From positions 8,675 through 72,674 of the IMG/VR virus record IMGVR_UViG_2846893963_000001: 64,000 nt of DNA. One strand, given 5' to 3'. Under the pieces are notes generated by a model. That model was not told the origin of the DNA. It worked only from the letters and a program-made list of their open reading frames with translations, and did no database searches. Source of the stretch: a virus. Taxonomy: Duplodnaviria > Caudoviricetes. Position numbers and translations under genes: made by a program. This document shows positions 19,297 to 28,812 of the stretch, piece by piece (position 1 is the first letter of the stretch; every line of letters begins with the position of its first letter).

Positions 19297-21936
19297 ATGG
19301 CTTCGGACGCATCACCCATGTCCGGCGGCAACCTGCCGACGCTGCCCGTCAAGCGGGTGGTGCGTCCCACTCCCTCCATTCCGGACCATGAAGTTGTGCG
19401 CCAGATAGGGAGCGGCGCGTACGGAGAAGTATGGCTGGCAAAATCCCTGACCGGGGCGTGGCGCGCCGTCAAAATCGTATGGAGGGAGGATTTTGAAGAC
19501 GAGCGCTCTTTCAACCGGGAATTTGAGGGCATTCTCCAGTATGAACCCATCGCCCGCAACCATCCGGGGCTGGTCCATATCCTGCATGTAGGGAGGCATG
19601 ACCAGGATTCCCCGTTTTATTATTACGTCATGGAACTGGGCGACGACGCCCGCACCGGAGTTCATATTACACCGGACGAATATATTCCGCGCACGCTCCA
19701 GACGGACAAGAAGTTTTCCGGCAACAAGCCTCTGCCCCTGGATTACTGCCTGGAGGTAGGCAGCCAGCTGGCCCACGCCCTGCTGTACCTGCACAGCAAG
19801 AACCTGACGCACCGGGACATCAAGCCGGCGAACGTCATCTTTGTCAACGGGCGCCCCAAACTGGCGGACATAGGCCTGGTGGCCCATCTGGACCAGCGCA
19901 GCTTTGTAGGGACGGAGGGATTCATCCCCCCCGACGGCCCCGGCACCCGGCGGGCGGACGTTTACGCGCTGGCCAAGGTTCTGTATGAAATCAGCACGGG
20001 AAAGGACCGCATGGATTTTCCCGAACTCCCGGATGACTTGCCGGAAGGCACCGTGCGCAAGAAATGGCAGGCCTTCAACACCATCATTTGCCAGGCGGCG
20101 GAACCCCGCATTGAAGAATGCCCCATTGATTCCGCAGAGGAGCTGGCGGAAAAAATAGACGCCCTCCGGGGATATGAAGTGCCTTCCCGTTTCCGTCTTC
20201 AGAAGAAAAAGAAACGCCGCAAACTCAGACGGGCCCTCCAACTTCTGGCTGCAGCCGCCGCCGGAGCCCTGACTGCCTACTGGGGGGCTTTATGGCTCAA
20301 CAACAGCCAGCATCCGCCGGAGGAACCTGCCTCGGATATTCATCCGGATATCCACTCATCCGCTCCGGAAGAAGAATCCCGGACCGGATACGTGCTGGTG
20401 ACCAGCTCCCCGGCGGGAGCGTCCGTGTATGATGCGGACGGCAACTATCTGGATGAAACTCCCTATGGCCCCATTGAACTGCCTTCCGGCTCCCCGGTAG
20501 CCTATACCATCAAGAAATCGGGGTTTGCGGACAAAGAAGAGGCGGGAACCGTCAAAGGAGGGGCCACGCTGGCCCTGGGCGGCGTACTGAAGGAGTACCA
20601 TCCCCCTACGGACAGCCAGCCCTGGAAGGATACGGAGGGTGTTACGTACCTGCCCGCAGAAACGCGCCATGTGGCGCAAGGCCCCCTTACCGCCGCCCTG
20701 TTCAACAAATTTCTGAAGGAGGACCGCCAGAAAGGGAACTTCCAGATGAAAAGGGAACAGACGGAACCGGAGCATCCGGAGAAAGATGTGGCCCTGCTCA
20801 CGCAGGACGGCATCACGGCCTACCTGGCGTGGCTGAATAAGAAATGCGAGCGGGAGGGGCTGCTGGGCAAGGAATTTTCCATCAATGCGGATCCGGTTCC
20901 GCAGGCTTCCGGCAGCACGGAAAACCACAATGCCTACGTCCTGAATGTCACCCGCGTGTTCCAGGTGCCCATTACCGTCACCACTAACCCGCCGGGAGCC
21001 AGCGTCTTTTTCAATAACAGGCTCATCGGACGTACCCCCATTGAAGAATACGTCAACCAGGTTCCCTACGTCATTGAAATCAAACTGCCGGGGCACGCCA
21101 CCATGCGTCGCAGGGGGCTGGATCCGCAGGACTTATACCTTTCCCTGCAGTTGGAACCGGACAAGTCTGTCGTTTTTGGCTCGCCCTGGACCAACAGCCT
21201 GGGCATCAAACTGGTCCCTGTGGGAGGAAATGCTCTGGTCATGACCCACGAAGTGCGCGTAAAGGACTTTCAGGAATTCCTGAAAGCTACCGGAAGGAAA
21301 GCTCCGGCCCGGCCCGGCTTTCCCCAGGGAGAAGACCACCCGGTGGTGAATGTCAGCAGGCAGGATGCGCGCGCCTTCGCCAGATGGCTTACCAGCAAAG
21401 AGCGGGCCCTGGGCCTGATTGATCAGCACGACTCCTACCGTCTTCCCAAGGATGAGGAATGGAGTTCCTGGGTGCGTCTGACGGATGAACAGGGAGCCTC
21501 CCCCTATGAAAAGACGCTGCCTCATGAAAACTCCCGGGAAGCCTTCCCGTGGGGGTATTCATGGCCGCCGCCTGATAAAACGGGAAATTTTGCGGACCAG
21601 TCCGCCCTGATTTACCTGCCGTCCTCCCGCGTTATCGTAGGATATAACGACGGACAGCCGTATACGGCCCCCGTAAAAACCTTTCCGCCCAACCACCTGG
21701 GCCTGTACGACCTGGAAGGAAACGTCATGGAATGGGTAGACGATTCCTACGGGGGGCCGGAATCCCTCCCCATCCGCAACTACGGCGTCGCCCGCGGAGG
21801 CAGCTACCTGTCCTTCCGCCCCAAACAGCTCACCACTTCCATCCGCACTCCCCTGCCGGAAAATACGAGGGATAACGCGCTGGGCTTCCGTCTTATCCTG
21901 TCTTCCGAACGCCCCGCCATTCCAACAGCTCCCTGA
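19297..21936 (+). CDS. Ser/Thr kinase with TM segment, PEGA repeats and FGE/SUMF1-like C-terminal domain
   Basis: IGSGAYGEVW, HRDIKPAN, DIG; TSSPAGASVY and TNPPGASVF PEGA motifs; HPVVNVS...A and GLYDLEGNVMEW...RGGS...GFR. Confidence 0.88.
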   Translation: MASDASPMSGGNLPTLPVKRVVRPTPSIPDHEVVRQIGSGAYGEVWLAKSLTGAWRAVKIVWREDFEDERSFNREFEGILQYEPIARNHPGLVHILHVGRHDQDSPFYYYVMELGDDARTGVHITPDEYIPRTLQTDKKFSGNKPLPLDYCLEVGSQLAHALLYLHSKNLTHRDIKPANVIFVNGRPKLADIGLVAHLDQRSFVGTEGFIPPDGPGTRRADVYALAKVLYEISTGKDRMDFPELPDDLPEGTVRKKWQAFNTIICQAAEPRIEECPIDSAEELAEKIDALRGYEVPSRFRLQKKKKRRKLRRALQLLAAAAAGALTAYWGALWLNNSQHPPEEPASDIHPDIHSSAPEEESRTGYVLVTSSPAGASVYDADGNYLDETPYGPIELPSGSPVAYTIKKSGFADKEEAGTVKGGATLALGGVLKEYHPPTDSQPWKDTEGVTYLPAETRHVAQGPLTAALFNKFLKEDRQKGNFQMKREQTEPEHPEKDVALLTQDGITAYLAWLNKKCEREGLLGKEFSINADPVPQASGSTENHNAYVLNVTRVFQVPITVTTNPPGASVFFNNRLIGRTPIEEYVNQVPYVIEIKLPGHATMRRRGLDPQDLYLSLQLEPDKSVVFGSPWTNSLGIKLVPVGGNALVMTHEVRVKDFQEFLKATGRKAPARPGFPQGEDHPVVNVSRQDARAFARWLTSKERALGLIDQHDSYRLPKDEEWSSWVRLTDEQGASPYEKTLPHENSREAFPWGYSWPPPDKTGNFADQSALIYLPSSRVIVGYNDGQPYTAPVKTFPPNHLGLYDLEGNVMEWVDDSYGGPESLPIRNYGVARGGSYLSFRPKQLTTSIRTPLPENTRDNALGFRLILSSERPAIPTAP

Positions 21937-22098
21937 CGCCGTATCTGCGGCAGCGGTTTTCCCCGCTCTTTCCCCCTCTGAAACACACCGCCCCCCCAAG
22001 GGGGAAAGCCCTGAGGCTTGAGAGAGCTTCCGGCTCTCCGGGAAAATGATTGAAAGGGCCTCCCGTTATGCTACCATTTTTCCGCATCCTTTTCCTGA

Positions 22099-22869
22099 AT
22101 GAAAATCATCGCCATCGCCAACCAGAAGGGGGGAGTGGGAAAAACCACTACGGCCATCAACATGGCTGCCGCCCTGGCTCAGCTGAAAAAGAAAATCCTT
22201 GTCATTGACCTGGACCCGCAGGCCAATGCCACCAGCGGCATGGGCATTGACGGAAAAGACATGCCCAGCCTGTATCCGGCCCTGCTCGGCCAGCTTCCGG
22301 CGGAAGAGTGCATCCTGCCTTCCGGCAGGAAACGGCTGGATATCATCCCCTCCACCATGGACCTGGCCGGCGTGGAAATAGAATTGGCCCGTTCCGGCAA
22401 CCATCTGACCCGCCTCCGGGAAACGCTCGCTCCCCTGCGGGAGTCAGACACCTATGATTACTGCATCATGGACACGCCACCTTCCCTGGGCGTTTTAATG
22501 ACCTCCGCCCTGGCCGCCTGCGACGAAGTGCTGACTCCCCTCCAATGCGAATGGTTCGGTTTGGAAGGGCTGGCCAAGATTCTGCACGTGACGGCGCAAA
22601 TCTGCGCCAGCGGCGCCAATCCCCGCATTCGGCATGAAGGAGTACTGATGACCATGTATGACGGCCGCACCAATCTTTCCCGCCAGGTCATCGACCAGGT
22701 GGAACGGCATCTGCCCCAGATGCTGTACAAAACGGTCATCCCCCGTTCCATCCGGCTGGGGGAGGCCCCCAGTTTCGGCCACACCATTTTTGAACACGAT
22801 CCTTCCGGAGCTGCGGCGGACGCCTACCTGAAAGCAGCCCGGGAATTCATCAAACGCCATAAACCCTGA
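22099..22869 (+). CDS. parA: ParA/Soj family chromosome partitioning ATPase
   Basis: [41 protein letters not shown]. Confidence 0.93.
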   Translation: MKIIAIANQKGGVGKTTTAINMAAALAQLKKKILVIDLDPQANATSGMGIDGKDMPSLYPALLGQLPAEECILPSGRKRLDIIPSTMDLAGVEIELARSGNHLTRLRETLAPLRESDTYDYCIMDTPPSLGVLMTSALAACDEVLTPLQCEWFGLEGLAKILHVTAQICASGANPRIRHEGVLMTMYDGRTNLSRQVIDQVERHLPQMLYKTVIPRSIRLGEAPSFGHTIFEHDPSGAAADAYLKAAREFIKRHKP

Positions 22870-23075
22870 ACATTTGAAGAAACAAGCTTCCCGGAATGCC
22901 GCAAACCTCTGCGAGAGGAACAGGCAGAAAGGGCACCGCAGAAAACTTCCTCCTTCATTTTGCCTTCCGGGTTTGTTGCGTCCATTTAACGTCAGGAAAA
23001 CATCTTCCATACCGCCCCCCCGGAGACGGAGGAAAACAGGCATTCCCCTTGACTTGACTTCCACGGCATATAAGA

Positions 23076-25862
23076 ATGCTCCAGCTCCGTTTCAGGAACT
23101 TTCCCCTCATGCCAGCAGAAGAAGGCCAGCCAGACGACCAGCCCCGGGTGACAGGGCAAGTCCCGCCTCCCGCTCCGACGACAGGCCTGGAACAGATTCT
23201 GCCCGGACGTCCGCCCCTGCCCCATGCGGAAGAAAAAGGGGCCTTTTTCGTTTACCAGCGGGAGCTGGCTCCCGGCACGCGCCTGGAACAATATGAAATC
23301 ATCCGCGTCCTGGGTAGCGGAGGTTTTGGCATCACATACCTGGCGAAGGATCTGTTCCTGAACCGCAACGTGGTTATCAAGGAAAACTTCCCTTCAAGAT
23401 ACTCCTACCGGGACCCTCTGACCGGGCATATCCGGCCCAATAATGAACACGATCTGGAAAATTACACCTGGGCTCTGAAAAGCTTTCTGAGCGAGGCTCA
23501 GACGCTGGCGGAGCTCAACAACCCCGGCATCGTCAGAATCCTTTCCGTCTTTGAAGCCAACGGCACGGCCTACTTCGCCATGGAGCATATTACCGGCCTT
23601 TCCCTGGATTATCTGGGGGAAAAACTTCACAGCACCGGGCACCGGTATACGGAAGACGAACTCAAGGGGCTGCTGACGCGCCTGCTCCGGATTCTGGACT
23701 ATCTCCATTCCCGGCACATTTACCACCGGGATATCAAACCCGGCAACATCCTGCTGACGGAGGAAGGCACGCCCGTGCTGATCGACTTCGGAGCGGCACG
23801 GCATGCCCTGAAACTTCATGCCGCCACCGTCCTGACCACCCAGGGGTATTCCTCCCCGGAACAGGCGCTGGGCAAAACGAATATCGGCCCGTGGAGCGAT
23901 CTCTATTCCGTAGGGGCCACTTTTTACGCCCTGCTTACAGGAAATCCTCCGGACCGCGCGGAAGCGCGCCTGGCGGAAGATGAAATGCAGCCGCTGCACA
24001 GCGATCCCGTGCTCACCCGCTATTATTCAAGGCAGTTCCTGCTTTCCCTGGACAAGGCGCTGGCCCCCCAGATCAATTGCCGTTACCAGACTGCCGGCGA
24101 ATGGATTCACGACATTTGCGCCATTTCCGGGGAAGAATCCTCCGCCACTATTCAAGTCCTCCCGGCAGACCTCCGCCATGCCCATCCGGAAGGAATGCCA
24201 ACTCCCGGCGCCGGGAAAAACATCGGCAGCAGAAAGGCCGCCACCGGAACGGACGGTCTTCATTCCGCCTCACGCAGGCAGTCCGCACGCGCTCTTCGCC
24301 GCAACCGCCACATGATGTCCCTGCTGGTAGGAAGCGCATGCACCATCCTGCTGGGAGCGGGAGCATTTTATCTGCTGGATTACATGAAAAAAGCCCCTAT
24401 GGGCACTACCATCAATACCATCAAGGAAGCCATCCAGCAGCCCGCGGCAAGCTCCAACGTGGGAGAACCGGAACCGCCGCCACGGGATCTGGCATCCATC
24501 CGCATTCCGGAACTCAAAATAACGGAAGACGCGGCGCTGGAACCGCGGTCGCTGACGGAGTTCCGTTTGCGCCTTGACGACACCATCCTGACCCGTTCCG
24601 GGCTTCCTCCCATCCTGCCGGAAAAACTGCGCATCTCCTGCATTTATCTCCAAATCATTCCCCCGGCAGCAAACGGGGAAAAACTGTACCTCACCATCCG
24701 GGACTCCAACGGCGTCCTGGTAGACCGCTCCATCAATGCCGTCCCCTCCTTCACGGTGCCGGGGCAATCCACCTCCACCTTTTTCTTTCCCGCACTTCCG
24801 GAACTGTCCACGGACCGCACCTACACGTACTCCTTTGAAAATGCCGCCCACCAGGCTGTTCCCATGCAAATGGCATGTTTCAAAAACGAGACGAAACGCA
24901 CGGAGGAAGCCTTCCCGAAAATCCGTTTCATCGCTGCTCCTCCCGTGCCGGAACCAGCCCTGCTCCATGACCCGGCCTACAAAAATCTTGTGGCGGCAAT
25001 CGCCGCGCCCTCCCCGGAGAACAAAAATATTCTCGACCAGGCAAGTTCCATGCCGGGCATGCTGCCGGCCCTGGAGCAACTTTCCAAAGCCGGCTACCCG
25101 ATAGCCCAGCAGGCACTGGGGAAAACCCTCATGTCTCCGGACTGTCCCGGCGGTTCCAGGCCGGAAGAAGGCGTGGAATGGCTTTACCGTTCCGCCACAG
25201 GAGGGTGCTATGAAGCCATGAAAGAGCTGGGCATCCTGCTCATGGACATCCCCTCCTATTTTCCCCGCATTCCCCAGCAGCCTCCCCTTGCCTCCCGGGA
25301 TTACGCCCAGGCAGCGCGTTTCCTGAGAATGGCGGTCCAATACCGGGACCAGGAGGCCCTGTACCTGCTTTCCCTCATGTACTCCCAGGGCTGGGGCGTA
25401 CCCGCCTCCCCGGAACTTTCCAGCCTGATGATGGAACGCCTCAATGGATCTTCCTACTCCACGGACAGCCTGAATCCCAACGCGCCTATCGCGGCGTACT
25501 GGCTTCCCCTTCCTCTTACCGGAGAAAAAAACACCATTCTGCGCTTCACTATTCCAGGGCCGTTCGCCCCGTCCCAGCTCAAGGGCGTTACTCTGCACAA
25601 CACAAGCCTGAAGGATGCCTTCTCCATCAGTAAAATCAATATTCTCCAACATGGGCGCCTCATTCTGGATATCATTTCCCCCCAGGAAGTGCTGCCCGGC
25701 AAAAGCTCCGCTCCCATAGGCATATCCATCCCGGAAGGGCTGCTGGCGGATACGACCCTGCCTCTGGAAGTAGAAATTTTGCTGACCCCCGGAAACAGCT
25801 GCGGCGTGGTGGAAATGCCCCCTCCGGTGGAAAAGAAAAACTCCGGAATTGAAATCAATTAA
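23076..25862 (+). CDS. Ser/Thr protein kinase with TM segment and Sel1-like repeats
   Basis: LGSGGFGITY, VVIKE, HRDIKPGN, LIDFGAA; Sel1-like W.YRSA..G...A and LSLMYSQGWGV. Exact start uncertain. Confidence 0.88.
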   Translation: MLQLRFRNFPLMPAEEGQPDDQPRVTGQVPPPAPTTGLEQILPGRPPLPHAEEKGAFFVYQRELAPGTRLEQYEIIRVLGSGGFGITYLAKDLFLNRNVVIKENFPSRYSYRDPLTGHIRPNNEHDLENYTWALKSFLSEAQTLAELNNPGIVRILSVFEANGTAYFAMEHITGLSLDYLGEKLHSTGHRYTEDELKGLLTRLLRILDYLHSRHIYHRDIKPGNILLTEEGTPVLIDFGAARHALKLHAATVLTTQGYSSPEQALGKTNIGPWSDLYSVGATFYALLTGNPPDRAEARLAEDEMQPLHSDPVLTRYYSRQFLLSLDKALAPQINCRYQTAGEWIHDICAISGEESSATIQVLPADLRHAHPEGMPTPGAGKNIGSRKAATGTDGLHSASRRQSARALRRNRHMMSLLVGSACTILLGAGAFYLLDYMKKAPMGTTINTIKEAIQQPAASSNVGEPEPPPRDLASIRIPELKITEDAALEPRSLTEFRLRLDDTILTRSGLPPILPEKLRISCIYLQIIPPAANGEKLYLTIRDSNGVLVDRSINAVPSFTVPGQSTSTFFFPALPELSTDRTYTYSFENAAHQAVPMQMACFKNETKRTEEAFPKIRFIAAPPVPEPALLHDPAYKNLVAAIAAPSPENKNILDQASSMPGMLPALEQLSKAGYPIAQQALGKTLMSPDCPGGSRPEEGVEWLYRSATGGCYEAMKELGILLMDIPSYFPRIPQQPPLASRDYAQAARFLRMAVQYRDQEALYLLSLMYSQGWGVPASPELSSLMMERLNGSSYSTDSLNPNAPIAAYWLPLPLTGEKNTILRFTIPGPFAPSQLKGVTLHNTSLKDAFSISKINILQHGRLILDIISPQEVLPGKSSAPIGISIPEGLLADTTLPLEVEILLTPGNSCGVVEMPPPVEKKNSGIEIN

Positions 25863-25947
25863 GCTTCACCGCTTTTCAACGCGAAACAGCAACAGGGAAA
25901 ACGGAAAACACCCTTGATTCCCGCCTGGGGCATGCTACAAAGGATAA

Positions 25948-26526
25948 ATGAATGCCCCTGTTTTCCTGCGGCGCATGCTCCCTATGCTGGCCGCGTTCCT
26001 GATGGTCTCCTGCGGTGATCCTACCGTCTCCTACTGGAAAAAGGCGGCGGACATCAATACGGAATACTCGGAAAAAAGCGACGTACTGGTGCAACGCCTC
26101 CTGAAACTGAAAAAGAACCCTACCCTTCCGGGCCTGGAAGAAAGCAGCAGGGATGCGGCTGACCTGTTGCGGGAAAGGGACGAAGAACTGGCGGACCTGA
26201 GCACGAAAAACGTGGATCCCGCCGTGACGGCCTATGTGGAAGAAGACCGCAAGCTTTTTGCCAGAGGAATGGAATTGGCGGAACGCTACCAGCAATACTT
26301 TGAAAAATATCTTAAGGGAGGACCGGATTTTACTCCGGATCCTTCCCGGGCCGTCGCCCATATAGGCCGGGGCCGGCAGGAAATACGCAAAATTCTGGCA
26401 GAAGCCCGAAAACTGGAAGAACGGGCTGAAATGCTGAGAAAAGAAAAATCAGCTGAGCTTGAGCAAGAACTTCCTCCGCTGCACTTTCGCCTTCCGGAGT
26501 TGAAACAACTTCTATCCAGCCGTTAG
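25948..26526 (+). CDS. Putative lipoprotein
   Basis: Signal peptide ending LMVSC (lipobox-like); helical body. Confidence 0.7.
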   Translation: MNAPVFLRRMLPMLAAFLMVSCGDPTVSYWKKAADINTEYSEKSDVLVQRLLKLKKNPTLPGLEESSRDAADLLRERDEELADLSTKNVDPAVTAYVEEDRKLFARGMELAERYQQYFEKYLKGGPDFTPDPSRAVAHIGRGRQEIRKILAEARKLEERAEMLRKEKSAELEQELPPLHFRLPELKQLLSSR

Positions 26527-26790
26527 AAAACGCGTACGAACCATTTGCATCAATGCGGAGTCACCGCCAGTCTGACAGCGGCCTTTACACTGCACGGGCG
26601 GACACAACCGGCTCCTGAAACTTTCCCCGTCCATGTTACGGAAATATCCCTTCCCTGGATTTACAGGAAAAACGAGTCCCCCTGCTGTCCATCGTCGTTT
26701 ATTTCAGCATTCAAATTTCATTCCCTGAATACCCCTTAGCACAGGCTTCATAGTTTAAAATTCCAAAGAAGGGGTTTGCCTCCCCTCCAC

Positions 26791-26824
26791 AAAAAAGCCC
26801 CGTTCATATTTCATGAACGGGGCT
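26791..26824 (-). terminator. Intrinsic terminator for the leftward cassette locus
   Basis: AGCCCCGTTCAT / ATGAACGGGGCT perfect 12-bp stem preceded by an A6 run; 17 nt past the stop at 26842. Confidence 0.75.
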
Positions 26825-26841
26825 ATATTAATTTTTCAAAT

Positions 26842-27374
26842 TCACCTGGGAGTTTGATCAATGACGATAAAATCCTTTTTCCCCACATACTCCCTCCGGG
26901 CATCCGGATCTCCATATCCGTCCCGGAAACGTACTTCCAATTCGTATATTTTCCCGCTGGCCAGAGGTTGTAAACAGGTCAGCAGCAGGTATGCATCCTT
27001 GACAGGCACTTCATGTTTCTCTCCGGGGTTTAGAGTAATAAAGCGCATAAGATTCGCGACACGCTCCATTTGATAGGAGGGAAGATACCATGCCGTTGGC
27101 CTTTTTCCCTTCTTTCCGTTTCCCTTACTCCATATCTTGATGATCATATTCGGCCCGCGTTCCTTGAGAGGATAGAAGTCGTCGAAAAGACGCACAGCCT
27201 TTTCTCCCTTATTGGCAAACACCAGCTTGAAGTCCGGAAAAGCGGCTCTTGGATCGAACGAAGCCTTTTCCATCACCACGGAACATTCAATCCCGTTATC
27301 GGCCATATCCCCCCATGCAGGAGCATGGAAGAACAGGCTGGCCAAAAGCCCTAAAATTTGGAAGATTTTTTCAT
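26842..27374 (-). pseudogene. Secreted paralog, copy 1; frameshifted from its own ATG (A6 instead of A7), in frame instead with the upstream relic ORF from GTG 27534
   Basis: ATG AAA AAA TCT TCC AAA TTT TAG from 27374; the mature region matches copies 2 and 3 (WGDMADNG.ECSVVMEK...). Confidence 0.65.
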
Positions 27375-27553
27375 TGCAGCGCGAGCTTTTGGGAGAAGGC
27401 GAGAATTCGCGCTTCATCGTCGAGTTCCCTTCGTACTTCCCTTCCTGGATAGGTTCCTTGTACATCGTGACGTTGAACGCGACCGCATTGCCACTAGAGG
27501 GATCGTAAGCGTTATTCTCATACTTTAAAGCCACCTTGTAATAAAATGTCTCA

Positions 27554-28093
27554 CTATCTCCAGGGCGATTGATCGACCACGGAAAAATCTTTTCTTCCTA
27601 CATACTTCCTCCGAACACCGGGCTCTCCATATCCGTCACGAAAGATTACTTCCAACTCATATTTCTCACCATTGCGAAGGCGGCGTGAAGGCCCAAAATA
27701 GTGCATCAACAGATACGCATCTTTGATGAGCACTTCATGTCTTTCTCCCGGCTTCAACGTGATGAAGTTCAAGAACTGTCCTCGCTCAATGCAATAATGA
27801 GGGTAATATGCTGCTACCTTTTCCTTTTTCTCTTTTGTCAATTTCCAAAAAATCTCTATGGAAATATGCGGACCGTTATCCTTGAGAGGATAGAAGTCAT
27901 CGAAAAGACGCACGGTCTTTTCGCCCTTGTTCGTGAACACCAGCTTGAAGTCCGGGAAGGCAGCCCTCGCATCAAATTCGGTTTTTTCCATCACCACGGA
28001 GCATTCCACTCCGTTGTCGGCCATGTCCCCCCATGCCGCGGCATGGAGGGACAGGCTTGCCAGAAGTATTAAATACCGGAAGATTTTTTTCAT
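27554..28093 (-). CDS. Secreted Ig-like hypothetical protein, copy 2
   Basis: Signal peptide MKKIFRYLILLASLSLHAAAWG; paralog of copies 1 and 3. Confidence 0.8.
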   Translation of the reverse strand: MKKIFRYLILLASLSLHAAAWGDMADNGVECSVVMEKTEFDARAAFPDFKLVFTNKGEKTVRLFDDFYPLKDNGPHISIEIFWKLTKEKKEKVAAYYPHYCIERGQFLNFITLKPGERHEVLIKDAYLLMHYFGPSRRLRNGEKYELEVIFRDGYGEPGVRRKYVGRKDFSVVDQSPWR

Positions 28094-28272
28094 TGCAGCG
28101 CGAGCTTTTGGGAGAAGGCGAGAATTCGCGCTTCATCGTCGAGTTCCCTTCGTACTTCCCTTCCTGGATAGGTTCCTTGTACATCGTGACGTTGAACGCG
28201 ACCGCATTGCCACTAGAGGGATCGTAAGCGTTATTCTCATACTTTAAAGCCACCTTGTAATAAAATGTCTCA

Positions 28273-28812
28273 CTATCTCCAGGGCGATTGATCGACCACG
28301 GAAAAATCTTTTCTTCCTACATACTTCCTCCGAACACCGGGCTCTCCATATCCGTCACGAAAGATTACTTCCAACTCATATTTCTCACCATTGATAAGAC
28401 GGCGAAAAGGTTTAAGATAGAGCATTAGCAGGTACGCATCCTTAATGAGCACTTCATGCTTTTCTCCGGGCTTCAGCGCAATGAAGTTCAAGAAACGTCC
28501 TCGCTCAATTTGATACCTGGGGTTGTACCACGCAGCTTCTTTCTTCTGCCCTCGTGTTTGTTTTTGAAAAATCTTTATGAAAATATTCGGGCCGTTATCC
28601 TTGAGGGGATAGAAATCATCGAACAGACGCACGGTCTTTTCGCCCTTGTTCGTGAACACCAGCTTGAAGTCAGGGAAGGCCGCCCTCGCGTCAAACTCGG
28701 TTTTTTCCATCACCACGGAACATTCCACTCCGTTGTCGGCCATGTCCCCCCATGCCGCGGCATGGAGGGACAGGCTTGCCAGAAGTATTAAATACCGGAA
28801 GATTTTTTTCAT
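28273..28812 (-). CDS. Secreted Ig-like hypothetical protein, copy 3
   Basis: True ATG at 28812 overlaps the TGA of the 547-aa gene (ATGA); signal peptide identical to copy 2. Confidence 0.8.
   Translation of the reverse strand: MKKIFRYLILLASLSLHAAAWGDMADNGVECSVVMEKTEFDARAAFPDFKLVFTNKGEKTVRLFDDFYPLKDNGPNIFIKIFQKQTRGQKKEAAWYNPRYQIERGRFLNFIALKPGEKHEVLIKDAYLLMLYLKPFRRLINGEKYELEVIFRDGYGEPGVRRKYVGRKDFSVVDQSPWR

Noticed and set aside
18074-25652. Long minus-strand ORFs (18074-19315, 19312-20241, 24270-25652 and others)
   Set aside because: Shadows of kbl and the kinases, which carry clear motifs on the plus strand.
19297-25862. Two large eukaryote-like Ser/Thr kinases around parA
   Set aside because: Multidomain kinases with PEGA, FGE or Sel1 domains are common in PVC-superphylum genomes; nothing here sets them apart.
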